DNA of 42,688 bases from positions 1-42,688 of the forward strand of contig JAFEDV010000468.1 of assembly GCA_018241475.1 (NCBI GenBank), read 5' to 3'. Below are positions 28,804 through 38,759 of this stretch, piece by piece. Every line of letters begins with the position of its first letter. The stretch's first letter is position 1. Below the pieces are notes generated by a model, which saw only the letters and a list, made by a program, of their open reading frames with translations, was not told where the DNA came from and did no database searches. Source of the DNA: Pseudomonadota bacterium (GTDB taxonomy: Bacteria; Pseudomonadota; Alphaproteobacteria; Caulobacterales; Aquidulcibacteraceae). A program made the translations under genes and the position numbers.

Positions 28804-29706
28804 ATGACTCAAGACTCAGATTGCCGCTCCTGGTTTTCCGCGGCGGATCTATTGACCAGTGACGCGAGCGCTCCAGTCGCGCTGCTCGGTGCGCCGCTGG
28901 GCCTGGGCTCGATCACGCCGGGGCGTTGCGACGAGGCGCCAGCGGTGGTGCGCACGGCGATGAAGCGCATGAGCGTCTACGATCTGGAGACGGAGGCCGA
29001 TCTTTCCGGCTTGCGCGTCTTCGATGCCGGCGACGTCGGCTTGGGCGGCGCGCAGCCGTCGGAGGCGCTGGCGCCGATTGTCGAGAAGCTTTCACCGCTG
29101 CTGCAGAAGCACAAGCTGACCATGGTGCTCGGCGGCAACAATGCGGTGACGCGGCCTTGCGTGCATGCGCTCGATCCGACCCTCCAAAGCGTCGGGCTCT
29201 TGACCCTCGACGCGCACTTCGACTTGCGCGACACCGATTGCGGGCTGACCAACGGCAACCCTGTCTGGGCGCTGCTGCAAGAGGGCCTGCCCGGCGATCA
29301 CGTCGCGCAGATCGGGCTGTTGCCGTTCGCCAACACCAAGAAGGCGCATGACAAGGCCAAGGCGGCGGGCATCTACGTCGCCAGCATTCGCGCTTGCCAG
29401 GCCAAGGGTTTGTCGGCGATTGCGGAAAATGCGCTGGAGAAGCTCTCAGCGCGGTGTGACGCGATCCATGTCGACTTCGACATTGACGTGATCGAGCGCG
29501 CGCAGCTGCCGGGCGCGCCGGGCGCGCGGCCGGGCGGCGTGTCGCCGCAGGATTTCTTCGACGCTGCACGGCTGATCTGCGCGCATCCGAAGGTGCGCTG
29601 CGTGGATCTGACCGAGTTCGATCCTTCGCTCGATGTCGCCAGCATCAGTGCGCTGACGGCGGCGCGTTGGACTTGCGAAGTGTTGGCCGGATTCTTGAAG
29701 CGCTAG
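28804..29706 (+). CDS. hutG: Arginase-family formimidoylglutamase
   Basis: GGNN, DAHFD, DFDIDV, PGG, LTEFDP; divergent from hutI. Confidence 0.75.
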   Translation: MTQDSDCRSWFSAADLLTSDASAPVALLGAPLGLGSITPGRCDEAPAVVRTAMKRMSVYDLETEADLSGLRVFDAGDVGLGGAQPSEALAPIVEKLSPLLQKHKLTMVLGGNNAVTRPCVHALDPTLQSVGLLTLDAHFDLRDTDCGLTNGNPVWALLQEGLPGDHVAQIGLLPFANTKKAHDKAKAAGIYVASIRACQAKGLSAIAENALEKLSARCDAIHVDFDIDVIERAQLPGAPGARPGGVSPQDFFDAARLICAHPKVRCVDLTEFDPSLDVASISALTAARWTCEVLAGFLKR

Positions 29707-29721
29707 CCGACGAGCAGGAAC

Positions 29722-30297
29722 TCAACCTCTCAAACCCGGGATCAGCATGGGCACGCGTGCGCGATACTTCGTGTAATCGGCGTCGCTAACGTCACGCCGT
29801 AGTGCGCGTTCTTCCATCTTGGCGCGGAACGAGAGCGCGGCGATCAAGCTCGCAGCCCCCGCTACGGCTTCGACCCGTCCCAACTCGGCGGCCGTCGCGA
29901 GCGCGGCGAGCAGGATGCCGGCGTAAACCGGATGTCGCACCACGCCATACGGTCCGGTATCGACAATGCGATGGGCGTCGGTCGGTGAAACCGCGTTCGA
30001 CCACAGCGGACCCAAGTGCAGCCTGCCCCAGAACGCGAAGGCAAAGCCCGAGACGACAACCGCAAACAACGGCCAACCGAACCATGCCGGCATCGTCCAG
30101 ATGACGCCCAGGCCCTGCGGCCGGAAGGCGACAAGCATCATTACGATCGCGGCGATGCTCAGCACCCGGCTGGGGCTTTCGACCCCGAAATCGTCATGAC
30201 TCGCCGCGCGCGCGCTCCATCCGGCGACCATCACCCACGCAATCAAGAACGCGATCCACGCTGCGAAAATGGCGGCGCGGGGATCGAACGCCATCAT
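29722..30297 (-). CDS. Isoprenylcysteine carboxylmethyltransferase (ICMT/STE14) family membrane protein
   Basis: HRIVDTGPYGVVRHPVY, EERAL, YRARVP. Confidence 0.85.
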   Translation of the reverse strand: MMAFDPRAAIFAAWIAFLIAWVMVAGWSARAASHDDFGVESPSRVLSIAAIVMMLVAFRPQGLGVIWTMPAWFGWPLFAVVVSGFAFAFWGRLHLGPLWSNAVSPTDAHRIVDTGPYGVVRHPVYAGILLAALATAAELGRVEAVAGAASLIAALSFRAKMEERALRRDVSDADYTKYRARVPMLIPGLRG

Positions 30298-30902
30298 GAC
30301 CCACTTACGAAGGGGACGAGCATTGGCACGCGCTCGCGGTACGCCGCGTACTCGGGCCCGAGCTTCTCGCTCAGGAAACGTTCCTCCTGCCGCGCCTTCA
30401 TCCAGCAGCCGAGGGCGAACAGGGACTCGCCGATCAGCGCCTCCCAGCGTCCGCGCGCGACGGCGGTTGCGAAGCCGGCGAGCAGCAACCCCGTATAGAT
30501 TGGGTGCCGCACAATGGCGTATGGCCCTGTGGTGACGATACTGTGGTCCTGCTTTCGCGTGATCGTGCCGGACCATAGCGCGCCAAGATGAATCCGCGCC
30601 CACCAGGCGAATGCAAAGCCTGCGGCGATCAGCGCGACCATCACCCACCCCACGGCGACGCCTGCATCCCAACCGCGCGGCACATGGGCCAAATCGACGA
30701 GGCCGAAAAGCATGACCACTCCGACCATGGTGACGATGCGGTACGGCGCCTCCTGCGCAAAGCTGGCCCGGGCCGCGGTCTGGCGTGACCAGATTGCTGC
30801 GACGAACCACGAGAGCGCCCACGCCGACCATATGACGAAGATCCAGGTGCTGGGCGCCGTCGCCCAGCCCGGATCGAACAAATGCCGGTAATATTCCCTC
30901 AT
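30294..30902 (-). CDS. ICMT/STE14 family membrane methyltransferase, paralog
   Basis: HSIVTTGPYAIVRHPIY, EERFL, YRERVP; ATGA overlaps on both sides. Confidence 0.87.
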   Translation of the reverse strand: MREYYRHLFDPGWATAPSTWIFVIWSAWALSWFVAAIWSRQTAARASFAQEAPYRIVTMVGVVMLFGLVDLAHVPRGWDAGVAVGWVMVALIAAGFAFAWWARIHLGALWSGTITRKQDHSIVTTGPYAIVRHPIYTGLLLAGFATAVARGRWEALIGESLFALGCWMKARQEERFLSEKLGPEYAAYRERVPMLVPFVSGS

Positions 30903-31894
30903 TCCATCGTCACCACGAGCTTGCCTTGGGCGCTGCGGTCCATGAGGGCGCGAATGGCCCTGCCGCCGTCGCGCAATGGGTAACGAGCGGAAATACGCGG
31001 CTTGATCTTGCCTTCGCCGTAAAGCCTGAAGAGATCGCGCACGTTGCCCTTGTGCAAGTCCGGCTCGCGCGCAACCGAGGCGCCCCAGAACACCCCGACG
31101 ATGGAGGAGCTCTTCAGAAGCGTTAGATTGAGCGGCGGCGCAGGAATGCCGGCGGGAAAGCCGATCACCAGATAGCGCCCGTTCCAATTCATCGCGCGCA
31201 ACGCCGGTTCGCAGTAATCGCCGCCGACGGCGTCGTACACGACATCGGCGCCGCCGCCGCACGCCTTCTTGAACGCCTCCGCCAAGTCCTTGCTTTGTTG
31301 TTTTGACATCCCCGACGCCGGATAGATCACTGCATCATCGGCGCCGGCGTCTCTGGCGAAGCGCGCCTTCTGCTCCGTCGAGACCGCAGCGATCGCGCGC
31401 GCGCCCATGGCTTTCGCCAGTTCGATGGCGGCAATGCCGACACCGCCGGCCGCGCCCAACACCAGCACGACTTCGCCTCGCTTCACCGCGCCGCGATCCT
31501 TGAGCGCATAATACGACGTGCCATAGGTGAGGATGAAGGCGCTCGCTTCGTCGAACGGCATGGCGTCTGGGATCGGCAGCACGCGCGCGGCTTGCGCTTT
31601 CACCTTCTCGGCAAAGCCACCCCAGCCCAGCGAGCCGATAACGCGCTGGCCGGGCCTCAGGTTGGCGACTCCCGGCCCCACGCTTTCGATCACGCCCGCG
31701 ATCTCGCCGCCGGGCGCAAACGGCCGCTCCGGTTTGAATTGGTACTTGTCTTCGATGATGAGGCTATCGGGAAAGTTCACGCCGGCGGCCTTCACTGCGA
31801 TAATGACTTCGCCCTCGCCGGCGACAGGATCGGGAAGATCGGCCAGTTCCAGCGCTTCCGGCGGCCCGACTTTGGTGCTCAGCAATGCTTTCAT
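30899..31894 (-). CDS. NADPH:quinone oxidoreductase (zeta-crystallin/MDR family)
   Basis: GVNFPD, PGGE, GAAGGVG, GKLVV. Confidence 0.92.
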   Translation of the reverse strand: MKALLSTKVGPPEALELADLPDPVAGEGEVIIAVKAAGVNFPDSLIIEDKYQFKPERPFAPGGEIAGVIESVGPGVANLRPGQRVIGSLGWGGFAEKVKAQAARVLPIPDAMPFDEASAFILTYGTSYYALKDRGAVKRGEVVLVLGAAGGVGIAAIELAKAMGARAIAAVSTEQKARFARDAGADDAVIYPASGMSKQQSKDLAEAFKKACGGGADVVYDAVGGDYCEPALRAMNWNGRYLVIGFPAGIPAPPLNLTLLKSSSIVGVFWGASVAREPDLHKGNVRDLFRLYGEGKIKPRISARYPLRDGGRAIRALMDRSAQGKLVVTME

Positions 31895-31965
31895 GATCGC
31901 GCCTCTTGGATGCCGGCCACCCCCGGCGTAGATGCGTTCTAGCCCATGCTTGAGGATGAGCAACG

Positions 31966-32256
31966 ATGACGCGACGAGGTTATTTCCTGCGGCTCGCGAT
32001 CTCCGTCATAATCGATCTTTGCGACTTTACCTTCGGTCGCATCCCAATCCTGGGCACGGTGGAGGACGGCGTCGGCGGCATTGTCGCGACCGCTCTCTGG
32101 GGCCGCGCCGGACTTGTCTATTTCTGGGAACTGATCGACGTCACGGATCAGATCGATGGCTTCGTACCGACTGCGACTCTGATCGGGCTTTATGTCGGCT
32201 GGCGCGAGGGGCACATCGGCAGACGGGCGCGGCCTGCACCTCTCGAAACAAACTGA
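31966..32256 (+). CDS. Small hypothetical membrane protein
   Basis: 96 aa, hydrophobic segments, typical codon usage, first gene of a putative operon. Confidence 0.65.
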   Translation: MTRRGYFLRLAISVIIDLCDFTFGRIPILGTVEDGVGGIVATALWGRAGLVYFWELIDVTDQIDGFVPTATLIGLYVGWREGHIGRRARPAPLETN

Positions 32257-32269
32257 CGCTGGAGTATGA

Positions 32270-33139
32270 ATGACTTCGATTTGGTCCCTGGCCTTGCACG
32301 GCGGCGCCGGCGCCATCGCCGAACGCGTCTATAAGCGCGAGGAAGAGCACATGGCCGCCCTGCTCGAACAGGGTGCGACGATGCTGGCGCAAGGGACGAG
32401 CGCGCTCGACGTGGTGACCGCCATGGCCGAGGCGCTGGAAGCCAGCGGCTTGCATCAGGCCGGCAAAGGCGCAGCGCCCAACGCCAACGGCGTCGTCGAA
32501 CTGGACGCCTCCGTGATGGATGGGCCCACGCGCGCGGCCGGCGCGGTGGCGGCGCTGCAGGGATTTCTCTCGCCGGTGCGCGTGGCGCGCGGCGTGATGG
32601 AGAAAACCCCGCACGTGCTGCTCGCAGGCGAGGGCGCCGCGCAGTTTGCGGCCATGAGCGGCTTTGCGCGCGTGGAGGACCCAGCCGGCTATTACCAGAC
32701 CGCGGCGAGCGGGCTGGCCAGCGTGGACGCCAAGATGGGGACGATCGGCGCGGTGGCGCTGGACGCCTCCGGGCGCCTCGCGGCCGCGACATCGACCGGC
32801 GGCCTGCGCGGCAAGATGCCCGGCCGCGTCGGCGACACGCCGATCATCGGCGCCGGTTGCTGGGCAGACGAACGCGCCGCCGTGTCGTGCACGGGGCTCG
32901 GCGAGTACTTCATGCGCGTGAATGCGGCGGCGGATGTTTCGGCGCGCATTGCCTATGCCGGTCAAAGTCTCGACGAGGCGGCGTTCGGCGTGATCGAGGA
33001 TGTGCGCCGCCTCGGCGGCTCCGGCGGCTTGATCGCGGTCGACGCCAAGGGCCACATTGCCACCCCGTTCATCAGCCAGGGTATGAAACGGGGAATCGCT
33101 TCATCCTCCGGCCTTCGAGAAGTCAAAACATTCAGGTGA
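32270..33139 (+). CDS. iaaA: Isoaspartyl peptidase/L-asparaginase (Ntn hydrolase)
   Basis: [22 protein letters not shown] (nucleophile Thr), GRVGD, TGLGE. Confidence 0.88.
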   Translation: MTSIWSLALHGGAGAIAERVYKREEEHMAALLEQGATMLAQGTSALDVVTAMAEALEASGLHQAGKGAAPNANGVVELDASVMDGPTRAAGAVAALQGFLSPVRVARGVMEKTPHVLLAGEGAAQFAAMSGFARVEDPAGYYQTAASGLASVDAKMGTIGAVALDASGRLAAATSTGGLRGKMPGRVGDTPIIGAGCWADERAAVSCTGLGEYFMRVNAAADVSARIAYAGQSLDEAAFGVIEDVRRLGGSGGLIAVDAKGHIATPFISQGMKRGIASSSGLREVKTFR

Positions 33140-33144
33140 ACCCA

Positions 33145-33441
33145 ATGAAACAGCTTCTGGCTCTGGCGTGTGTGGCGGCGCTCGCCGCGTGTACGACGAC
33201 AGGCGGCGCAACGACGGGCCAAATCCAATGGCGCTGCGATAATGGCGCCGCGTTCAGCATGCATTTGACCGAGCAAGGCAACGCCGAAGTGTTCGCGGGC
33301 GGACGCACCTATACCCTGCCCGGCGTCATCGCAGGTTCAGGCACCCGCTACACGGACGGCACGGTCGAGTATTGGGAGCATGGCAACGAAGCGATGCTCA
33401 ACGGCGCGGCGGGCGGGCCGTACACCAATTGTCACCGGTGA
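33145..33441 (+). CDS. MliC/PliC family lysozyme-inhibitor lipoprotein 1
   Basis: Lipobox LAAC; WRC; SGTRY; YWEHG.EA; C-terminal Cys. Confidence 0.82.
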   Translation: MKQLLALACVAALAACTTTGGATTGQIQWRCDNGAAFSMHLTEQGNAEVFAGGRTYTLPGVIAGSGTRYTDGTVEYWEHGNEAMLNGAAGGPYTNCHR

Positions 33442-33451
33442 GGCAAAAGCG

Positions 33452-33751
33452 ATGCGAGCGCTTCTCGTCCTCGTTGGCGCGGCGGCCCTTACAGCGTGCG
33501 CGACGATGGGCGGCGGCGGCATTGGCAATCGCATCACCTGGCGCTGTGACAGCGGCAGGAGCTTCGGCGTGCATTTCACCACGGCCGGCGCTGAAGTCTA
33601 TGCGAACGGACGCTCCTACCCGTTGCCGCATGCGCAATCGGCGTCCGGCGCGCGCTATTCCAACGGTCGGGTCGAGTATTGGGAGCACGCCGGGCAAGCG
33701 GAGCTTTCCGGCGCGGCGGGCGGACCGTATGTGAATTGCAAGCGGCGCTGA
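33452..33751 (+). CDS. MliC/PliC family lysozyme-inhibitor lipoprotein 2
   Basis: Lipobox LTAC; WRC; SASGARY; YWEH; C-terminal Cys. Confidence 0.85.
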   Translation: MRALLVLVGAAALTACATMGGGGIGNRITWRCDSGRSFGVHFTTAGAEVYANGRSYPLPHAQSASGARYSNGRVEYWEHAGQAELSGAAGGPYVNCKRR

Positions 33752-34263
33752 TGCGCGGGTATTTCGGCATTGGCGCGGAGGAGATGTCGAAGCCGATGAA
33801 TCTCGGCGCGCTAATGCGCACCGCGCATGCGTTCGGCTCTAGCTTCTTTTTCACCATCAATGCGCACCCGAAGGTGCGTGAGGCTTATAACAGCGACACC
33901 TCCCGCAGCTTCGAGCACATGCCCTATTACGCCTGGGACAGTCTCGACGCGATGCGGCTGCCGCGCGGCTGCACGCTGGTGGGCGTTGAGTTGACGGACG
34001 ATGCGATCGAACTGCCGCGCTTCCAGCACCCGAGTGCCGCGGCCTACGTGCTTGGCCGCGAGCGCGGCTCGCTGTCGCCGGAACTGCTCTCGCGCTGCAA
34101 GCACGTGGTGAGAATCCCGACCAAGTTCTGCTTGAACGTCGGCCTCGCCGGCGCGCTTGTCATGTATGACCGGTTGCTGGCGCTCGGCGGTTATCCGGCG
34201 AGGCCGATCATGCCGGGCGGGCCGAAGCTGGAGATGACGGAAGAGCAAAAACCGAAGCGGTAG
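33751..34263 (+). CDS. SpoU/TrmH family RNA methyltransferase
   Basis: NLGALMRTA, LGRERGSL, IP..CLNV. Confidence 0.88.
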   Translation: MRGYFGIGAEEMSKPMNLGALMRTAHAFGSSFFFTINAHPKVREAYNSDTSRSFEHMPYYAWDSLDAMRLPRGCTLVGVELTDDAIELPRFQHPSAAAYVLGRERGSLSPELLSRCKHVVRIPTKFCLNVGLAGALVMYDRLLALGGYPARPIMPGGPKLEMTEEQKPKR

Positions 34264-34265
34264 GT

Positions 34266-34448
34266 CTACGGGTAGACGTAGACGTAGCGGACGCGCGGGC
34301 TGGCTACGAGCGACCAGATGAGCGCCGCCCACCAGAAGATGACGGTCCAGCCCAGGAAGAAGTTGAGAAGGAAGACGCCAAGCGGGCTGGCGCCGCGCGC
34401 GATCGCGATGATCGTCGGCATGAAGTAGAGGACCAGCAATGTCAGCAC
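34266..34448 (-). CDS. Superinfection immunity (T4 Imm-like) family membrane protein
   Basis: YFMPTIIA..R..VFLLNFFLGWT...W..ALIW pattern; RBS GGAGG, GTG start. Confidence 0.78.
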   Translation of the reverse strand: MLTLLVLYFMPTIIAIARGASPLGVFLLNFFLGWTVIFWWAALIWSLVASPRVRYVYVYP

Positions 34449-34500
34449 GGGCGCGAACCTCCGCTGGAAAACTAAGTATGCAGCGTCGCGGCTTGAGACA

Positions 34501-34532
34501 AGCGCCTCCGCCGCTGGCGGCGCGGAGGCGCT
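34501..34532. terminator. GC-rich hairpin
   Basis: AGCGCCTCCGC-10 nt-GCGGAGGCGCT just after the stop codon of the 34542-34850 gene. Confidence 0.5.
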
Positions 34533-34541
34533 GTTACAAGA

Positions 34542-34850
34542 TTACGACTTCATCGGCGCCTGGCCGCCGCCTTTCAGCACCGGCCATTGCGCGAACGCGA
34601 ACCAGATGAATAGCCCCAGGCAAATGCACGGCCCGATCAGCGGGACGATGCCGGCCAAGAAGATGAGCGCCAGCGCACCGGGATAACCCGCCTTCGAGAA
34701 AATTCGCCACCAGCAATAGAGCGAGAAGATTAGAATGACGAGGCCGACGATTGCGAACACCGCGAAGTACGGCCCCATCATGGCCATGATGTTTGTGACG
34801 TCCGCCATGTTGCCGGGCGCCACGGCGCCGCCTGTTTCTTCTGGTTTCAT
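34542..34850 (-). CDS. Small membrane protein (DUF5684/DUF805-like)
   Basis: 102 aa; WRIFSKAGYPG motif; 2-3 TM; RBS GGAGG. Confidence 0.65.
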   Translation of the reverse strand: MKPEETGGAVAPGNMADVTNIMAMMGPYFAVFAIVGLVILIFSLYCWWRIFSKAGYPGALALIFLAGIVPLIGPCICLGLFIWFAFAQWPVLKGGGQAPMKS

Positions 34851-34968
34851 TCCCGCCTCCCATGTCTAGGCGGGCGGCACGCTAAACCCGGCAAAAACCC
34901 TCCCGCAAGCATTGTCTCAATCAGTGAAGGGGATTGTGCGCCGCAGCGGCGATCCCCATAACCCGCGC

Positions 34969-36075
34969 GTGCAATCCGTCCTGCCCTCGCTCGCCGGCCT
35001 GACCAAGCAGGAATTGGCCGAAAAGCTCATCGCCGTCGGCGTTGATGCAAGCAAGGCGCGCATGCGCGCCGAACAATTGTGGCGCTGGATCTATCATTAC
35101 GGCGTCACCGAATTCTCGCAGATGACCAACGTCGCTAAGGAGCTGCGCGCCGCGCTTGCCGAGCATTACACGCTGTCGCGGCCGGAGATCGTCACGCAGC
35201 AGCTTTCCCAAGACGGCACACGCAAGTGGTTGATCCGTTTTGGGCCGGGCGTGGAAGGCGAGTGCGTGTTCATTCCGGATGTCGGCCGCTCGGGCGCACT
35301 GTGCGTCTCGAGCCAGGTGGGCTGTACGCTGAACTGCACCTTCTGCCACACCGGCACGCAGAAGCTGGTGCGCAATCTCTCCGCCGCCGAGATCGTCGCG
35401 CAAGTGATGATCGCTCGCGACGCGCTGGGTGAGTGGCCGACCTCGAACGAGGACCGCGCCCTCACCAACATCGTATTCATGGGCATGGGCGAGCCGCTCT
35501 ACAATTTGGACAATGTGGCCAAGGCGATCGACATCATCGCCGACGGCGACGGCATTTCGATCTCCCGCCGGCGCATCACGGTGTCGACCGCGGGCGTCGC
35601 GCCGAAGATCGCCGAACTGGGCGAACGCACCGGCGCGATGCTGGCGACTTCACTGCACGCGACCAACGACGCGCTGCGCAATCAGCTCGTGCCTATCAAT
35701 CGCAAGTATAATTTGGATGAATTGTTCGCAGCGATCCGAGCTTATCCGACCCTCGGCAACGCCAAGCGCGTCACGTTCGAATATGTGATGCTGAAAGGCG
35801 TGAACGATACCCTGGCGGAGGCGAAGGCGCTGGTGAAGCTGCTCGCCGGCATTCCAGCCAAGATCAATTTGATTCCCTTCAATCCTTGGCCCGGCGCTCC
35901 GTACGAGTGTTCGGATTGGGATACGATCGAGAAATTCGCCGAAGTGCTCAACCGCGCCGGCTATTCCTCCCCCATCCGTACGCCGCGCGGGCGTGATATC
36001 CTTGCGGCCTGCGGTCAACTCAGAAGCGAAAGCGTCAAGCAGCGCGCCAGCGAACGCCTGAAGGCGGAAGCATGA
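34969..36075 (+). CDS. rlmN: 23S rRNA m2A2503/tRNA methyltransferase RlmN
   Basis: [15 protein letters not shown] radical-SAM motif, [23 protein letters not shown]; GTG 34969 preferred because TTGTGC-17-CATAAC lies just upstream. Confidence 0.96.
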   Translation: MQSVLPSLAGLTKQELAEKLIAVGVDASKARMRAEQLWRWIYHYGVTEFSQMTNVAKELRAALAEHYTLSRPEIVTQQLSQDGTRKWLIRFGPGVEGECVFIPDVGRSGALCVSSQVGCTLNCTFCHTGTQKLVRNLSAAEIVAQVMIARDALGEWPTSNEDRALTNIVFMGMGEPLYNLDNVAKAIDIIADGDGISISRRRITVSTAGVAPKIAELGERTGAMLATSLHATNDALRNQLVPINRKYNLDELFAAIRAYPTLGNAKRVTFEYVMLKGVNDTLAEAKALVKLLAGIPAKINLIPFNPWPGAPYECSDWDTIEKFAEVLNRAGYSSPIRTPRGRDILAACGQLRSESVKQRASERLKAEA

Positions 36076-36581
36076 TGGACACGCCGCGCCTGGAAGCGCC
36101 GGGACTCGTGCTGCGGCCGCTGGAAATGTCGGACGCCGAGGCGCTGTTTGCTGCGCATAGCGACCCGCACACGCATCAATATTGGTCGAGCGCGGCGCAC
36201 AAGAGCGTGGCGCAAACCGCCGCCTACATCGAGGACACCATCGCCGCGGGTCATGCGTGGGCGATCACCGAAAACGGCGGCGAGGCGCTGGGACGCATCG
36301 CGCTGTTTCAGTTGCGCGATGGTGTGGCCGATATCGGCATCATCATGCGGCCCGATGCGACCGGGCGCGGGCTTGCATCGAAGGCGCTGGCGCTGGTGTG
36401 CGCGTACGGTTTCGAGACGCTTGGCCTGCATCGCATCGCCGCCGACGTGGACCCGGAGAATTCGGCGTCGTTGTCCCTCTTCCTGCGCGCGGGGTTCCAG
36501 AGAGAGGGGCTGCTTCGTGGCAATTGGAAGACACACTTGGGCATTCGCGACAGCGTCATTCTGGGCAAAGTGCGGCAATAG
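36072..36581 (+). CDS. GNAT family N-acetyltransferase (RimJ/RimL-like)
   Basis: LRPL, GRGLA, ENSAS, GFQREG. Confidence 0.88.
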   Translation: MMDTPRLEAPGLVLRPLEMSDAEALFAAHSDPHTHQYWSSAAHKSVAQTAAYIEDTIAAGHAWAITENGGEALGRIALFQLRDGVADIGIIMRPDATGRGLASKALALVCAYGFETLGLHRIAADVDPENSASLSLFLRAGFQREGLLRGNWKTHLGIRDSVILGKVRQ

Positions 36582-36646
36582 CCTCGCTCACGCGCCTGTG
36601 ACGGCGGGCGCGAAACAAAGCGGCGTTCGTCTGCGTATACCTGCAC

Positions 36647-36999
36647 ATGTTCGACATTCCCTCCATGCAGCGTCTCGACGACGAGACGTTCGCCGCCTTC
36701 GTGGGCGGCGCAGGCCGCGGGCTGGTGCTGTTCGGTTCGCACAACGGCAAGCCGACTTTGGCGCAGGCGCACGTCCTCGCCGATGCTTGGGCGGACCGGC
36801 ACAGCGACACCCGCTTCGGCTACATCGACGCGCTTTGCTGCGAGCTCGGCAGGAAGCGCTACGCCGTGCGCCTCCTGCCTACGCTGCTGATCGGCGCGAT
36901 GGCCGGGTGTTGGCGAAGCTTGAAGGCTTCCACGATCGAGCGCGGCTGGATGCGGCATTGAACGATCGCGTCGAAGCGACCGTAGCGATCGCGGCGTAG
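36647..36999 (+). pseudogene. Thioredoxin-fold protein lacking CXXC, frameshifted near 36893
   Basis: Frame A ...RYAVRLLPTLLI continues in another frame as RDGRVLAKLEG...RLDAAL; one base is missing at ATC-GG-CGC. Confidence 0.7.
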
Positions 37000-37065
37000 T
37001 TCAGACGGTCGCGGCTTTGCATCCTGGTTTTGCCTTTCGCTAAAACAAGCGAAGTGACGAATTGG

Positions 37066-37737
37066 CTATGGCGCCGGGGCAGGCTTGGCGGCCCCGGTGA
37101 TGATGGCGCGGATGGCGCGTTCGAATTGTTCGGGCGGCTGGGCGCCTTGCAGCATCCAATGCTGGTTGAAGATGATCGACGGCACCGCGTGGATGCCGCG
37201 TTGCTGCCAGAAAGCTTCGATGGCTCGGACTTCGTCGGTGAATTCGCCGCTCGCGAGGATTTGCGCGGCGCGCGCGGGATCGAGACCGGCTTCGCGCACG
37301 GCGTCGATCAACGCGGCGGGATCGTTGCTGGGCCGCTGGTCGGTGAAATTGGACTTGAACAGCGCTTGCTTGAGTTGAAGGGCGCGGCCTTCTTGTTCAG
37401 CCCAATGCAGCAGGCGATGCGCATCGAAGGTGTTCCAGATACGGCTGTCGGGGCTGTAGTTGAAGGTGAAGCCGAGATCTTCGCCGGCTTGCTTGATGGC
37501 CTGGCGCGCAGCCGCTGAGCGTTCGGGCGATGAGCCATACTTCTTGGTCACGTGCTCGGCAGTGTTCTCGCCTTCCGGCGGCATGTCGGGATTGAGTTCG
37601 AACGGCTGGAGATGGATTTCCGCTTGGACCGCGTCGCCGACGTTGGCGAGCGCTTGCTGCAGCGAACGCAGGCCCACGACGCACCACGGGCAGGCGATGT
37701 CGGAGACAAAATCGATGCGGAGGGATTGGGCCGTCAT
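37066..37737 (-). CDS. DsbA family oxidoreductase (FrnE-like)
   Basis: SDIACPWC, PFELNP, NTFDAHRL, VP, GAQP. Confidence 0.92.
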   Translation of the reverse strand: MTAQSLRIDFVSDIACPWCVVGLRSLQQALANVGDAVQAEIHLQPFELNPDMPPEGENTAEHVTKKYGSSPERSAAARQAIKQAGEDLGFTFNYSPDSRIWNTFDAHRLLHWAEQEGRALQLKQALFKSNFTDQRPSNDPAALIDAVREAGLDPARAAQILASGEFTDEVRAIEAFWQQRGIHAVPSIIFNQHWMLQGAQPPEQFERAIRAIITGAAKPAPAP

Positions 37738-37761
37738 GAATGTTCATATAGCGCACTCGCG

Positions 37762-37890
37762 CTTCCCCGTTAGAGGGAGCCGTCATGCGAAGCGTGACTG
37801 AGGGGACGGCGCCAACGGTTGGGACTCCGGCGCTGCCCTCTCCGTCGCGTACTGGCGCACGCGCCACCTCTCCCTACGGGAGAGGACGAG
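37762..37890. repeat. CIR-like bipartite palindromic intergenic element
   Basis: Left arm CTTCCCC..GGGAG..GTCATGCGAAGCGTGAC.GAGGGG; central GACTC; right arm CCCTCTCC...CCTCTCCCTACGGGAGAGG. Confidence 0.7.
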
Positions 37891-37899
37891 GGTTGTGTA

Positions 37900-38745
37900 T
37901 CAGCGATAGAACTCCGTCCTTCGATCCCGGAAAAAACCCCAGGCGGCGCGGTGGCGGTCCAGGAAATCGAGATCGAATTCGTGGACCAGCACGCCCTCTT
38001 CGGCGCGGCCGAGTTCTTCGACCAGATCGCCGCGATGAGTGGCGATGAAGCTTGAGCCGTAATAGGTCTGCGTTGCTGCGCCGACGGTTTCCGTGCCGAT
38101 GCGATTGGCGGCGACGACCGGGATAACGTTCGACACGGCGTGGCCGCACATGGCGCGGCGCCACGGATCGCGGGTGTCGAGGGTGGCGTCATGCGGTTCG
38201 CTGCCGATTGCCGTTGGGTAGAACAGCACTTGCGCGCCCATCAGCGCCATGGCGCGCGCGCACTCGGGAAACCATTGGTCCCAGCAAATGCCGACGCCGA
38301 TGCGGCCGAACTTGGTGTCCCAGACTTTGAAGCCGGTATCGCCCGGGCGGAAATAGTATTTCTCCATGTAGCCGGGGCCATCGGGAATGTGGCTCTTGCG
38401 ATATGTGCCGAGATTGGCGCCGTCAGCGTCGAGGATGACGATGGCGTTGAAATAGAGCGGGCCGTCGCGTTCGAAGATCGAGACGGGAATGACAACGCCG
38501 AGTTCTTTGGCGAGCGGCTGCATGGCTTGCACGCAGGGATGGGTGGCGGCGGGGTAAGCGGTGGCGAACCACTTCTCTTCTTGCGCGGTGCAGAAGTAAG
38601 GGCCTTGGAAAAGCTCCGGCGGCAGGATGACTTGCGCGCCTTTCTTGGCGGCGTCGCGCATCAGGCGCTCCACCGTCTTGATGTTGGCGGCCATGTCCTC
38701 GCCAAATGCGGCTTGGAGGGCGGCGACTCTTATTGTTTGCGACAT
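37900..38745 (-). CDS. aguB: N-carbamoylputrescine amidase
   Basis: Nitrilase triad PELF, YRKSHIPDGPGY.EKYYF, ICWDQWFPE; PTAIGSEP. Confidence 0.94.
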   Translation of the reverse strand: MSQTIRVAALQAAFGEDMAANIKTVERLMRDAAKKGAQVILPPELFQGPYFCTAQEEKWFATAYPAATHPCVQAMQPLAKELGVVIPVSIFERDGPLYFNAIVILDADGANLGTYRKSHIPDGPGYMEKYYFRPGDTGFKVWDTKFGRIGVGICWDQWFPECARAMALMGAQVLFYPTAIGSEPHDATLDTRDPWRRAMCGHAVSNVIPVVAANRIGTETVGAATQTYYGSSFIATHRGDLVEELGRAEEGVLVHEFDLDFLDRHRAAWGFFRDRRTEFYR

Positions 38746-38759
38746 CACTCAACCCCAAC

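Noticed and set aside
34264-34290. GTAGAC tandem repeats as GTAG-type REP sequences
   Set aside because: They simply encode the YVYVYP C-terminus of the Imm-like protein
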